Program-made: the position numbers and the translations under genes
In this document: one piece after another, positions 37,116 through 47,263 of the stretch
Layout: each line of letters begins with the position of its first letter
How positions within the stretch are numbered: position 1 is the stretch's first letter
Notes under the pieces: model-generated
The model's input: only the letters and a program-made list of their open reading frames with translations
The model's database searches: none
Told to the model about the DNA's origin: nothing
Source: Anaerolineae bacterium
GTDB taxonomy: Bacteria > Chloroflexota > Anaerolineae > UBA4142
DNA: 64,000 nt
NCBI GenBank assembly: GCA_034435055.1
Contig: DAOTXS010000065.1
Coordinates: 1 to 64,000, forward strand
Direction of reading: 5' to 3'

Positions 37116-38420
37116 TTACCGAATCACTTTGTGAATCAACAACGGCAATGTCGGTTCACTGTCGCTAAATTCGTACGCCGCGCGCAAACGATCTTCTGCC
37201 GCATCACAACTCCGATGATCGCTGGCGTGAATTGTGGCGAGTGGTTCACCGCGTTTGATGCGCGCGCCGACTTTGTGGTGGAACACAACCCCAACGCAAT
37301 GATCGATAGGCGCACCTTTTTTCGCGCGACCACCCCCCAGATCGACGACGATCAAGCCGACCTCTTCCGCGTCGATGCCGGCGATAACGCCGTTGCGCGG
37401 CGCGACGACCTCGCGGATCACTTCGGCACGCGGGAGAAGCGAATAATCATCGATGACGCGGCGCGCGCCGCCTTGCCCGGCAATCCAATCGCCGAATTTT
37501 TTCAACGCGCGTCCATCGTCGATTGCTGCTTGGAGTTTTTGGCGCGCATCAAGTTCGTCAGTCGCCGCGTTGGCGAGCAACAACAACAGTTCGCCGACGG
37601 CAAGACAATGCTCGGTGAAATCTTCGGGACCTTTGCCGCGCAACGTTTCAATCGCCTCGATCACTTCAAGCGCGTTGCCCACCGCGTTGCCGAGCGGTTG
37701 ATTCATATCGCTGATGATCGCACCGACCTTGCGATCACACCCGCGTCCGATTTTGACCATCAACTCGGCGAGCGCGAGCGCGTCGGCTTCGGTCTTCATA
37801 AACGCGCCGCGCCCCACTTTGACATCGAGCGCGATGATGTGTGCGCCGGCGGCGATCTTTTTGCTCATGATCGAACTGGCGATGAGCGGCAAACAACCCA
37901 CCGTCGCGGTTACGTCGCGCAACGCGTACAACTTGCCGTCCGCTGGCGCGAGGTCGTGCGTCTGGCCGTTGACGACGATGCCGTGTGTTTTCAACTGCGC
38001 GATGAATTCTTCGGTACTCAAATCGCATCGATAGCCGGGAATCGATTCGAGTTTATCGAGCGTGCCGCCGGAAAAACCCAAGCCGCGCCCGGACATTTTG
38101 CCAACCGGTAATCCCAGCGATGCCACAAGCGGCGCGACGACGAGCGTCGTCTTATCGCCGACGCCGCCGCTGGAATGTTTATCGAGCACTTGCGGCGCGA
38201 CGGACGAGAGGTCCATCACCGTGCCGGAATGTGCCATTGCCATTGTCAGCGCAGTGGTTTCAGTTTCGTTCATTCCGCGCAAGTAAACTGCCATTGCCCA
38301 CGCGGCGGCTTGATAATCCGGAATCTCGCCGCTGGTCAAACCTTGCACGAAAAATTCTATTTCGTCGTGTGAGAGTTCGTACCCGTCGCGCTTCTTTGCG
38401 ATGATATCGACCGCTCGCAT
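37116..38420 (-). CDS. Thymidine / pyrimidine-nucleoside phosphorylase
   Basis: Full-length match to the glycosyl transferase family 3 signature (DKHSSGGVGDKTTLVVAPL; SGRGLGFSGGTLDKLE). Confidence 0.85.
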   Translation of the reverse strand: MRAVDIIAKKRDGYELSHDEIEFFVQGLTSGEIPDYQAAAWAMAVYLRGMNETETTALTMAMAHSGTVMDLSSVAPQVLDKHSSGGVGDKTTLVVAPLVASLGLPVGKMSGRGLGFSGGTLDKLESIPGYRCDLSTEEFIAQLKTHGIVVNGQTHDLAPADGKLYALRDVTATVGCLPLIASSIMSKKIAAGAHIIALDVKVGRGAFMKTEADALALAELMVKIGRGCDRKVGAIISDMNQPLGNAVGNALEVIEAIETLRGKGPEDFTEHCLAVGELLLLLANAATDELDARQKLQAAIDDGRALKKFGDWIAGQGGARRVIDDYSLLPRAEVIREVVAPRNGVIAGIDAEEVGLIVVDLGGGRAKKGAPIDHCVGVVFHHKVGARIKRGEPLATIHASDHRSCDAAEDRLRAAYEFSDSEPTLPLLIHKVIR

Positions 38421-38457
38421 ATCAACTCCAATTTTAGATCATCGATTGTTGGGTTTA

Positions 38458-38492
38458 AATCGAAAATCTAAAATCATAAATCTTAAATCTCA
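38458..38492. repeat. Heptamer tandem repeat x5 (AAATCGA AAATCTA AAATCAT AAATCTT AAATCTC)
   Basis: Read directly; lies between the phosphorylase gene and the sugar transferase gene. Confidence 0.75.
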
Positions 38493-39917
38493 GTACGCTC
38501 CTCGTGCAAACATCACCGCCGGGATTGTGCGCAACAAAATCCAAATGTCCAGCCACGCCGACCAATTCTCGATGTAATAAATGTCGAGCATTGCTTGTTC
38601 GTCGAACGTCAGATCACTGCGGCCGCTTACTTGGGACAACCCGGTGATGCCGGGCGCAACGTCCAGCCGACGCTTGTGCCATTCCTGATACTGTTCCACT
38701 TCTTCGGGCGTGGCGGGACGCGGTCCCACCAAACTCATTTCACCTTTGATGACATTCCACAATTGCGGTAATTCATCGAGACTTGTTTTTCTCAGCCAGC
38801 GCCCAATCCGCGTGCGGCGCGGGTCGTTCCGAATTTTGAACAACGGTCCGATGGCTTCGTTCAAGCCGTTCAGTTTTTCTTGCTCCTCGTCCGCGCCTGC
38901 GTACATCGAGCGAAATTTGTGCGCGATGAATTTGCGACCGTTTTTGCCCAAACGCGGTTGCGAAAAAATGATCGGGCCTGGCGAATCGAAACGAATCAGG
39001 ATGGCGGCGATGATCATCACCGGCGCAAAGACGATGCCCAACGCAAATGTGCCGGCCAAATCGATGAACCGTTTGACGATGGCGTCGAGCAGACTCATTC
39101 GCGTTTCGCGCACGCTGATCAACGGGATGCCGCCAACGTCGTCGATGGCGATATGACTGAGTGAGAGTTGAAACATATCTGGGACGATTTTGGCGGTGAT
39201 GCCGGCGAGTTGGCACAGATTCAAAATGCGGATGATTTTTTCACGCGCGAGCCACGGCAGGGCGATGATCACTTCATCGACGGGGAGTTCGCGGAGCAAG
39301 CGTGGTAAATTATCGGTACTGCCCAACGCTTTAAAGCGACCAATGTCAGTGGTGCCGCGTTCGGGATCATCATCGACAAATCCTTCGACGTGGTAGGCGA
39401 GATCGGCGCGTGCGACGATGTTCCGCATCAACGCGCGTCCCACTTCCCCCGCGCCGACGATCAGTACGTGATCGGCGCCGATGCCGCGTTTGCGCAAGTG
39501 CGCTGTGATTTCGCGTTGCAAAATGCGTGCGGCGGTCAGCAGAAAAATCATCAGCAACGCGGCATAAACATAGACCGACCGCGCGTAAACGGTTGGGCGC
39601 AGAAAGAAGGTAAATGCCATGGTGATCAATGTCGTGGTCGTCGTGGCGTTGATGATCTTGTAAAATTCTTCTGGAAATGTTTGACCGCGCGTAAGTGAAT
39701 AGAATCCTTCCATTCGCAGAATCGCAATGGTGAGAATGGTCATTGCAACCGAGAGCGGCAAGTACGCGGTGTACGGATGATCGAATGCGCCCTCGCTCCC
39801 CGGCGGAATCAATCCCAGTTCGTAGCGCAAATAGTACGCCAGAGCGACGGCAAGATTGATCAGCGCGGCGTCGATAAGCACACGCACGAGTAACCACTTG
39901 CGATTACGCTGAAACAT
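38490..39917 (-). CDS. Polyprenyl glycosylphosphotransferase (WbaP/EpsL-type priming sugar transferase)
   Basis: N-terminal TM helices, a central Rossmann-like domain and the C-terminal bacterial sugar transferase block DELPQLWNVIKGEMSLVGPRP. Start moved to the ATG at 39917; the ORF extends to 40052. Confidence 0.85.
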   Translation of the reverse strand: MFQRNRKWLLVRVLIDAALINLAVALAYYLRYELGLIPPGSEGAFDHPYTAYLPLSVAMTILTIAILRMEGFYSLTRGQTFPEEFYKIINATTTTTLITMAFTFFLRPTVYARSVYVYAALLMIFLLTAARILQREITAHLRKRGIGADHVLIVGAGEVGRALMRNIVARADLAYHVEGFVDDDPERGTTDIGRFKALGSTDNLPRLLRELPVDEVIIALPWLAREKIIRILNLCQLAGITAKIVPDMFQLSLSHIAIDDVGGIPLISVRETRMSLLDAIVKRFIDLAGTFALGIVFAPVMIIAAILIRFDSPGPIIFSQPRLGKNGRKFIAHKFRSMYAGADEEQEKLNGLNEAIGPLFKIRNDPRRTRIGRWLRKTSLDELPQLWNVIKGEMSLVGPRPATPEEVEQYQEWHKRRLDVAPGITGLSQVSGRSDLTFDEQAMLDIYYIENWSAWLDIWILLRTIPAVMFARGAY

Positions 39918-41070
39918 TTTTCGCTCCGCGTCGCTGTTCTGCGAGAATGGTTCGATACAATGCCATTGTTTCCTGTCCGGCTCGTGCCCACGAAAAATTT
40001 TTGGCTTGGGCGATGCCGCGCGCAGACATTTGCTCGCGCAACGATGGATCATTCAGCACGCGAATCATCGCCTCCGCGAGCGCGGCTTGATCGTCCGGCG
40101 CAACCTGAATTGCCGCCTCGCCCACAACTTCTGGCAATGACGCTGCGTTCGATGAAATGACCGGCGTGCCGCACGCCATCGCTTCAAGCGGCGGCAACCC
40201 GAAACCTTCATACAGCGATGGATAGACAAATACTTCGGCGGCGCGATACCACGCCGGCAATTCGGCTGGTGGAACATAGCCGGGAAAGATCACGTCGCTT
40301 GCGCAATTTTCCTGCGCGATCGTTTGATCAACCTCGGTATACTTCCACCCGCGCGCGCCGATCAGCACGAGTTTGTGCGGCAAGTGTGCGGCGCGCTTGG
40401 CTTGCGCGAACGCGCGAATCAGGTGCGCGATATTTTTGCGCGGCTCGATTGTTCCAACGTGCAAGATCATCTTCGCCGGCATTTTGGCGCGCGCCGCCGC
40501 ATCGCTCTGATTTTGGGTCGGCGCAAAGGATGAATCGACGCCGCAGTAAATCACCTTCACGTGGTCTGGGCGCGCGCCAAACAGTTTCACCAAATCGCGC
40601 TTGGTGCTTTCCGAAATCGCAATCAGTCGCTTTGCGCGACGGACGGCATTTTTCACCGCCCACATCAAATACATTCGATTCAGTCGATTGAACGATTGCG
40701 GAAAACGCGCGAAACTCAAATCGTAAATCGTCGCAAGCCACGGAATCGAAATCGCCAAAGGACCCGCAAAGGCAAGCGCGTGGAGTACATCGATTTTTTC
40801 GTACCGCAAAGCAATCGGCTGAATGATTTGTTCCCAAAAAATTCGTGCCACGGGGTTGTGCGTGGGCAAGCGCGATGGCGCAATCGTCAGATGCTTGAAT
40901 GATTCGCGCGCGCGCGGTTCGCTCAGAAAGGCGGTGTACATCAGGTCGGACGAAGGAATTAGATTTTGCAAGAGGTGATAAATGTACCAGTTGATCCCCG
41001 CGCTCCGATAATTCCCTGCCAAGTTGAGGAGGTGCGCGTTGAGTCCGATACGGTGTGCGTCGTTGCTCAC
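39904..41070 (-). CDS. GT4 family glycosyltransferase
   Basis: GT4 C-terminal motif [22 protein letters not shown]. Overlaps the downstream sugar transferase by 14 nt. Confidence 0.8.
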   Translation of the reverse strand: MSNDAHRIGLNAHLLNLAGNYRSAGINWYIYHLLQNLIPSSDLMYTAFLSEPRARESFKHLTIAPSRLPTHNPVARIFWEQIIQPIALRYEKIDVLHALAFAGPLAISIPWLATIYDLSFARFPQSFNRLNRMYLMWAVKNAVRRAKRLIAISESTKRDLVKLFGARPDHVKVIYCGVDSSFAPTQNQSDAAARAKMPAKMILHVGTIEPRKNIAHLIRAFAQAKRAAHLPHKLVLIGARGWKYTEVDQTIAQENCASDVIFPGYVPPAELPAWYRAAEVFVYPSLYEGFGLPPLEAMACGTPVISSNAASLPEVVGEAAIQVAPDDQAALAEAMIRVLNDPSLREQMSARGIAQAKNFSWARAGQETMALYRTILAEQRRGAKNVSA

Positions 41071-41094
41071 GTTGCTATTATACCACTAGTCGAT

Positions 41095-42195
41095 TTACAG
41101 ACCAAGCATCGCGCGATACACACGCACCGTTTCCTCCGCGATGTGTGCGTGCGTGAATTGTGCCAGCACACGCGCGCGCCCGCGTTTGCCTAATTCGATG
41201 CGTCGGGCAGAATCGTTTTGCAACTGCGCCAAATGGTTGGACAATGCAACAACCTCACCCTCTGGAAAAATCAAACCGGCATCGCCGATGACGTTAGGAA
41301 TTTCGCCGCACGTCGAACCGATGACTGGAATTTCGCATGCCATTGCTTCGATCAGCACGCGCCCAAATTGCTCCTTCCAATTCGCGCGCGAACGCGATGG
41401 CAAAACAAACACATCGAGCGAATGAAAAAATGTTGGCATTTGCGTTGATGGAATCGGCGCATTGAAATGAACACGCGACGCGATGCCAAGTTGATGCGCG
41501 CGTGTTTGCAAATTGGTTTTGTGCGGTCCGCTTCCCAGCAATGTCAAGTTCCATTCGCCGTTTAGTTTCGCAACGGCATCGAGCAAAACGTCGATGCCTT
41601 TTTCCGAGACCAAACGCCCGGCATAACCGATGTGAAAGATCGGCGGAATAATTTTTGCCGCTGGCGCAAAGTTTTCCGCGTCGACGCCGAATTGCGGAAT
41701 GACACTCGCTTTGCCGCGATAATTTTTGGCGCACAAAACATCGATTGCATCGGCGTTGCCGGCAATCGCATAATCGGCGCGGCGCAAGACGTGTGCTTCC
41801 ATCCACGAAAACGGCGGCGGGTATCGACGCAAAATGTTTTGCCACGTGAAGAAAAGTGTTTTCGCATTCACGCGCCGCGCCGCACGCATCGCCCAAAACG
41901 TGGCGAGGTTGTACGGCTCTTCGTCGATATGCACAATGTCCGGGCGAATGCGTTGGAGAATCGATGAAAAAGTTGGATAATAATGAAAATGGAATTGCCC
42001 ATTGAAACGCATCGGCGCGACGAGGAGCGCATAGCCGTTGGGGTGGGCGTGCTCCAACGGAATCACGCCACGTTCGTCGCGCCAGAACGGCGGGACAACG
42101 ACGGTGAGTTGAATGTCCGGGTGCTTGGCAATTTCCTCTAGTTTGGTTTGATATGCTCCAACGATACACGCTTTGCTTAACATGACGACGCGCAT
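41095..42195 (-). CDS. GT4 family glycosyltransferase
   Basis: LPSRSRANWKEQFGRVLIEAMACEIPVIGS motif. Start moved to the ATG at 42195 (MRVVMLSK); the ORF extends to 42252. Confidence 0.8.
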   Translation of the reverse strand: MRVVMLSKACIVGAYQTKLEEIAKHPDIQLTVVVPPFWRDERGVIPLEHAHPNGYALLVAPMRFNGQFHFHYYPTFSSILQRIRPDIVHIDEEPYNLATFWAMRAARRVNAKTLFFTWQNILRRYPPPFSWMEAHVLRRADYAIAGNADAIDVLCAKNYRGKASVIPQFGVDAENFAPAAKIIPPIFHIGYAGRLVSEKGIDVLLDAVAKLNGEWNLTLLGSGPHKTNLQTRAHQLGIASRVHFNAPIPSTQMPTFFHSLDVFVLPSRSRANWKEQFGRVLIEAMACEIPVIGSTCGEIPNVIGDAGLIFPEGEVVALSNHLAQLQNDSARRIELGKRGRARVLAQFTHAHIAEETVRVYRAMLGL

Positions 42196-42388
42196 ACTGC
42201 CATTATATTCTCTTTGGTGATAAGCGCAAAGCATTCGGCAATCATTTTGCAAAAAATCGCTCCGCAGATTACGCCGCTTTCGCAGAAAATTAAATCTGTG
42301 TAATCGGCAAAATCTGCGGATAAAATATTCCAGATGATTTCTAACATTTGCGCGTTCTGAAATCCTGTGCTAAAATGCACGCTGTCGA

Positions 42389-42459
42389 TGGGGCGTGGTG
42401 CAGTGGTAGCACACCAGACTTTGGATCTGTGGACCGAGGTTCGAATCCTTGCGCCCCAG
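42389..42459 (+). tRNA. tRNA-Gln (anticodon UUG), CCA not encoded
   Basis: Cloverleaf folded by hand. Acceptor UGGGGCG/CGCCCCA with U1:A72 and a G73 discriminator, as in tRNA-Gln. D stem GUGC/GCAC. Anticodon loop CUUUGGA. T arm CGAGG-UUCGAAU-CCUUG. One non-canonical pair at the base of the anticodon stem. Confidence 0.7.
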
Positions 42460-42460
42460 T

Positions 42461-42496
42461 CAATCAATGAGCCAATGAGCCAATAAACCAATGTGC
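42461..42496. repeat. Octamer tandem repeat x4 (CAATGAGC CAATGAGC CAATAAAC CAATGTGC) immediately 3' of the tRNA
   Basis: Read directly. Confidence 0.75.
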
Positions 42497-42551
42497 CAAA
42501 AGGCATGCGGGTTGGTTCATTGGCTCGTTGGTCAATTGGCTCATTCGGAAA

Positions 42552-44888
42552 ATGTTTCGCAACCTGATTCGTTCAAACTTGCTTCTTGCGGCAATCATAC
42601 TTCTCGCCGCGTTCTTCCGTTTGTTTCGCCTCGATTCACTTCCCCCGGGTTTTCAATTCGATCAGGCGTATTATGTTTTTGACGTCATTCGCCTCTTGCA
42701 AGGTGAATTCCATATTTTCTTTGCCGTGCCCGGTGGCACCGAGCCGCTCTATCCTTATCTTGCGATACCCGCCGTTGCCATCTTTGGCGATCAAGCATTT
42801 GGCTTGCGGCTGACCGGCGCAATCATCGGCATCTTGACGATTCCGGCGATGTACTGGTTCGCCAAAACATTTTTCCATTCATCGCGCCTCGGGTTGTTGT
42901 CTGCGTTTTTGGCATCGACTTCCCTGTGGCACGTTTTCTTCAATCGGTACGGCGAGCGCGTTTCGCTTCTGGTCTTGCTCGTCCTTTTGATATTCCAATT
43001 CTTTTGGCGCGCAATATCGACGTTGCACCGACGCGATTTTGGGTTGACCGGCGTTTTCGTTGCGCTCGCGCTGTACACTTATCCCGGCTCGCGCGTTTTG
43101 CCGATTGCGTTGATCGTTTTGACCGGCTACGTGACGTTGATCGACCGCAAAAACGCGCTGGCGTACTTGCGCGGTTTGATCACGACCGGCGTTGTCGCGC
43201 TGATTATTTTCGCGCCGCTCGGCATCTACTATCTTCAGCACCCCGACCAATTTGCGTCGCATTCGGTTGAGGTTTCGATTTTCGTGCCGCACGGCGATGT
43301 TCCCGCCGATGTTGGCGCGGCGCTCGCCCACAATACTCTCCGCATCGCGGGAATGTTTTTCATTGCGGGCGATGGCGGCGTTTTGCGCAACACATTGCCG
43401 GGTCGCCCGGTCTTCGATCCGTTGCTTGGCGCACTGTTTGTCGCCGGCGTGATCGTTTGGCTCGCGGCACTCTTCTTGCCGCGCGGCGATGCCTTCAATC
43501 GACGGCGCGCGGTTTTCATCGGGGTGTGGCTCGGCGCGATTCTATCGATTTCACTCATCACCGATGATGCGCCGAACTTTGTCCGCACTTTGCCGGCGAT
43601 GCCGGCGGTGATGGTTTTGGCGGCGTGGGGCGCGTCAACTCTTTGGGAAAGGTTACGTTCGCCGTGGTTGCGGAAAATTGGAACCAGCGCGCTAGTCCTT
43701 GTTCTTTTGTTCAGCGCGGTATCAAGTTATCGAGATTATTTCATTGCCTTTGCCGAAGACCCGGCGACGTACTATACCTTTGACACAGACAAAGTTGAAA
43801 TCGCCGATTGGATCAATCGCCACGCGTCAACGCATCAAATTTTTCTTGCGCCGCTCCTGCAAGAGAACGGCACGATTTCACTTCTCACGCGGCTCGCATC
43901 GTTGAAATCGTTTGACAGCCGCGACACGATTGTCTTGCCGAGCAATGTCGCCGGCAAAGATGCCATTTTTGTTTTTCCCTGGGAACAAGAAAGACGCGTT
44001 CAAACGATGGCAACGCGGCTCGGTTTGCTTGGGGAACGTCAAGACCTTTTCGGAACAAACGGCGGTAAACTTATTCTGCTTTATCGCGTTCCCGCGCAAA
44101 ACTTACCGAATCCCCAATCGCCAATCTCGACTCTCGCGCGCGGCGGTGAATTTCTTCAGCCACAAAAAATCGCTCGCGAAAAATTTGGCGATGCGATCGA
44201 ATTGCTGGGGTACTCGGTGAATGCGGCGGACGCGGCGAAACGCAATCTCGAAGTAACCTTGTTCATTCATGCGCATGCGCCGATGACCGAGGAGTACACT
44301 TTTTCGTTGAAGGTGCGGGACGCGAAAGATCGGGTGTGGGGCCAGGAAGACAAATGGGCGGGGAACAACAGTTATGCGACGACGGCGTGGACGCCGGGCG
44401 ATGTGATCGTCGAAAAGTTTTATCCCGGCTTGAACGCGTGCGCGCCCGCCGGGGATTATTGGATCACAGTGGAAGTGTATGATCCAAAGACGTTGCAGGC
44501 GTTGGGCGAGCCGGCGTCACTCGGCAGTTGGCGCGCCGACGCCTCGCCGAGCAATCGTTTGGAAGATTTGGAACCGGCGCGCACGCTCGCTCAATCGCTC
44601 AGTCCGCAGTTGTGGTTGATCGGTTACTCGCTGTCGTCAGACGTGCTCGAGCCGGGCGGACATTTTTCACTTGCGTTATTTTGGCGCGGCGTTGGAAATG
44701 GGAGCGCGGAAAAAATCAACGTGCACTTGCAAAGCACCTCGCTGATTGAAACCATCGTGCAGATTCCGGTCGAGGGGCGTGGTTTGTGTTCGCACTTTGA
44801 TTTCCAAGCCCCGCCGAATCTACCTGTCGGCAATTCGTCAATTTGGGTGAACGAATTCAAATTGGCTGATGTGATGATTGCAAAGTAG
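42552..44888 (+). CDS. PMT/ArnT-like (GT39/GT83-type) polytopic membrane glycosyltransferase with a C-terminal extracytoplasmic domain
   Basis: About 12 TM helices; the N-terminal block RLDSLPPGFQFDQAYYVFDVIRL resembles lipid-linked sugar transferases of COG1807. Start taken at the ATG at 42552. Confidence 0.65.
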   Translation: MFRNLIRSNLLLAAIILLAAFFRLFRLDSLPPGFQFDQAYYVFDVIRLLQGEFHIFFAVPGGTEPLYPYLAIPAVAIFGDQAFGLRLTGAIIGILTIPAMYWFAKTFFHSSRLGLLSAFLASTSLWHVFFNRYGERVSLLVLLVLLIFQFFWRAISTLHRRDFGLTGVFVALALYTYPGSRVLPIALIVLTGYVTLIDRKNALAYLRGLITTGVVALIIFAPLGIYYLQHPDQFASHSVEVSIFVPHGDVPADVGAALAHNTLRIAGMFFIAGDGGVLRNTLPGRPVFDPLLGALFVAGVIVWLAALFLPRGDAFNRRRAVFIGVWLGAILSISLITDDAPNFVRTLPAMPAVMVLAAWGASTLWERLRSPWLRKIGTSALVLVLLFSAVSSYRDYFIAFAEDPATYYTFDTDKVEIADWINRHASTHQIFLAPLLQENGTISLLTRLASLKSFDSRDTIVLPSNVAGKDAIFVFPWEQERRVQTMATRLGLLGERQDLFGTNGGKLILLYRVPAQNLPNPQSPISTLARGGEFLQPQKIAREKFGDAIELLGYSVNAADAAKRNLEVTLFIHAHAPMTEEYTFSLKVRDAKDRVWGQEDKWAGNNSYATTAWTPGDVIVEKFYPGLNACAPAGDYWITVEVYDPKTLQALGEPASLGSWRADASPSNRLEDLEPARTLAQSLSPQLWLIGYSLSSDVLEPGGHFSLALFWRGVGNGSAEKINVHLQSTSLIETIVQIPVEGRGLCSHFDFQAPPNLPVGNSSIWVNEFKLADVMIAK

Positions 44889-44890
44889 AA

Positions 44891-47257
44891 ATGATAAACT
44901 GGGTTTCTCGGAGATTGCATCGCAAAAATATCGAACGAACCATATTCGTGGCGATTTTGCTCGTCGCGGGCGTGTTTCGTTTTTATCGCATCGATCAAGT
45001 GCCGCCGGGTTTACACTTTGACGAAGCGTTCAATCTGTTCGATATCTTGCGATTGTTGGAAGGGCAGTTTGCGATTTTCTTTCCCGCCAACTTTGGACGC
45101 GAATCGCTGTACTTTTATCTCTCGATGGTTGGCACCGCGATCTTTGGCGCGCACGCACTTGCGTTGCGCCTCACGTCAGCGATCATCGGCACGGTGACGG
45201 TCGGCTTGGCGTACGGTTTTGCGCGCGCGGTTTTTCGTTCGTCGTTAATGGGCGCGTTGACCGCTTTTCTGATGGCGATTTCCGTTTGGCACATTTATTA
45301 CAGCCGACTGGGTTTGCGCGTGATCCTTTGCGTGCCGCTCGCGATGCTCACGCTTTGGTTTTTCTGGCGCGCGCTTTCGCTCGCCTCCGCCAAAGATGAC
45401 GGGAAACGCGAGTGGATTTTCGCTGGCATTTGCGTCGCGTTAGCGGTCTACACGTACACCGCCGGACGATTGCTTCCGGTGATTCTGATTTCGTTGACCA
45501 TCGTTGCGATTTTGACCGACCGCGCGCGTTGGCGATATTACGTGCGCGGTTTATTCATCACCGGCATCGTTGCGTTCATCGTTTTTATTCCGCTGGGTGT
45601 TTACTTTATCATGAACCCGCGCGATTTCGTGGAACACGGTTCGAATCTTTCGATCTGGGATCCGCGCGTGAATCGAGGCGATTTGTTCGGAACGATGTAC
45701 GAAAATCTGATCGCCGTGTTGGGGATGTTCGTCGCGCTTGGCGACAAGGAAGCGTTTCGCAACGTGCCGGACAATCCGGTGTTCGATCCAATCATCGGCG
45801 TGTTTTTTGTGATCGGTTGTTTGGTTATGATCCGCGCGCTTGTCTCGTCTCGGTCATCGATCGATGATCGACGCCGCGCCGCGTTTCTTGTGGTGAGTAG
45901 TATCGTTTTGATCGCGCCGTCGATTCTGTCCGATGCACCGCCGAATTTCACGCGCACGTTGCCCGCCACATCGACGCTGATGATGATTCCGGCGTGGGGT
46001 ATCGCGATTGTGTGGCATCGCTTCCGGCATCACGCGATGCCGTTGGCGGTCGGCGCGATTTTGCTGGCGAGCGCGACGCTTTCGTTCAAAACTTATTTCT
46101 TCGACTTTGCAAATTCACCGGCGCTGTACTATGCGTTCGACGTGCGGATGTTCGATGTTGCCGGCTGGATCAATCGCAATGCGCACGCCAATCAGATTTA
46201 TCTTGCGCCGTTGTGGTATCAACAAGGCACGCTCGCGTTGTTGACGCGCACGACCCCGTTGAAATCATTTGAAAGTCGGGATACGATTGTCCTGCCGCGC
46301 GCGTTGGGCAAAGATGCATTATACGCATTTCCGATGGAACAGGAGAGAAAAGCGACGACGCTGGGTCAGCGATTAGGTGCGCTCGCCACGCGGGAAATCG
46401 TCAGCGGCTCGACCGGCGAATCGATCCTGATCGTTTATCGCGTCCCCGCGCAAAACTTACCGCATCTCGAATCGCCAATCTCGACTCTCGCGCGCGGCGG
46501 CGAATTTCTTCAGCCACAAAAAATCGCCCGCGAAAAACTTGGCGATGCGATCGAATTGCTGGGGTACTCGGTGAATGCGGCGGACGCGGCGAAACGCAAT
46601 CTCGAAGTAACCTTGTTCATTCACGCGCTTGCGTCGATGACGGAGGAGTACACTTTTTCATTGAAGGTGTGGGATGCGAAAGATCGGGTGTGGGGACAGG
46701 AAGACAAATGGGCGGGGAACAATAGTTATGCGACGACGGCGTGGTCGCCCGGCGATGTCATTGTCGAAAAGTTTTATCCCGGTTTGAACGCGTGCGCGCC
46801 CGCCGGGGACTATCGGATCACGGTGGAAGCGTACAATCCGCAAACGTCGGCGGTGTTGGGTCTGATCGATTTGGGTGCGACGCGCGCCGACGCCGCGCCG
46901 GGAAATTTGTACGATCATCTGGAGCCGGCACAACAAATCGATGTACAGGTTGCGCCACAAGCACGCTTGCTGGGTTACACGTTGACGCCGGGCGATGTGA
47001 AAATCGGTGATGAATTTTCACTCGCGCTCTTTTGGCGCGGCGTTGGCGATGGAAAACAAACGGGGAACGCTATCGTCAAATTGCGCGATGCGGCTGGACG
47101 CGATTTTACTTTGGTGGAAAAAACGATTACACTGCCGATTGAAAGTCGCGGGTTGTGTACGTTCTTTGATTTGCAAATGCCCCCGAACGCCGCGCCGGGT
47201 CAAGGTTCGATTTTTGTGAATGATGCCAAGTTGTCAACGCTGAAGGTTGTGAGGTAA
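44891..47257 (+). CDS. PMT/ArnT-like polytopic membrane glycosyltransferase, tandem paralog
   Basis: Same architecture as the upstream gene (RIDQVPPGLHFDEAFNLFDILRL). The C-terminal ~130 aa are almost identical to the upstream paralog. Confidence 0.65.
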   Translation: MINWVSRRLHRKNIERTIFVAILLVAGVFRFYRIDQVPPGLHFDEAFNLFDILRLLEGQFAIFFPANFGRESLYFYLSMVGTAIFGAHALALRLTSAIIGTVTVGLAYGFARAVFRSSLMGALTAFLMAISVWHIYYSRLGLRVILCVPLAMLTLWFFWRALSLASAKDDGKREWIFAGICVALAVYTYTAGRLLPVILISLTIVAILTDRARWRYYVRGLFITGIVAFIVFIPLGVYFIMNPRDFVEHGSNLSIWDPRVNRGDLFGTMYENLIAVLGMFVALGDKEAFRNVPDNPVFDPIIGVFFVIGCLVMIRALVSSRSSIDDRRRAAFLVVSSIVLIAPSILSDAPPNFTRTLPATSTLMMIPAWGIAIVWHRFRHHAMPLAVGAILLASATLSFKTYFFDFANSPALYYAFDVRMFDVAGWINRNAHANQIYLAPLWYQQGTLALLTRTTPLKSFESRDTIVLPRALGKDALYAFPMEQERKATTLGQRLGALATREIVSGSTGESILIVYRVPAQNLPHLESPISTLARGGEFLQPQKIAREKLGDAIELLGYSVNAADAAKRNLEVTLFIHALASMTEEYTFSLKVWDAKDRVWGQEDKWAGNNSYATTAWSPGDVIVEKFYPGLNACAPAGDYRITVEAYNPQTSAVLGLIDLGATRADAAPGNLYDHLEPAQQIDVQVAPQARLLGYTLTPGDVKIGDEFSLALFWRGVGDGKQTGNAIVKLRDAAGRDFTLVEKTITLPIESRGLCTFFDLQMPPNAAPGQGSIFVNDAKLSTLKVVR

Positions 47258-47263
47258 ACGCCG

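Noticed and set aside
42389-42459. Alternative reading of the tRNA anticodon as UGG (Pro)
   Set aside because: Shifting the anticodon stem by one nucleotide breaks more base pairs. The U1:A72 pair plus G73 discriminator and the CUUUGGA loop fit tRNA-Gln(UUG) best.
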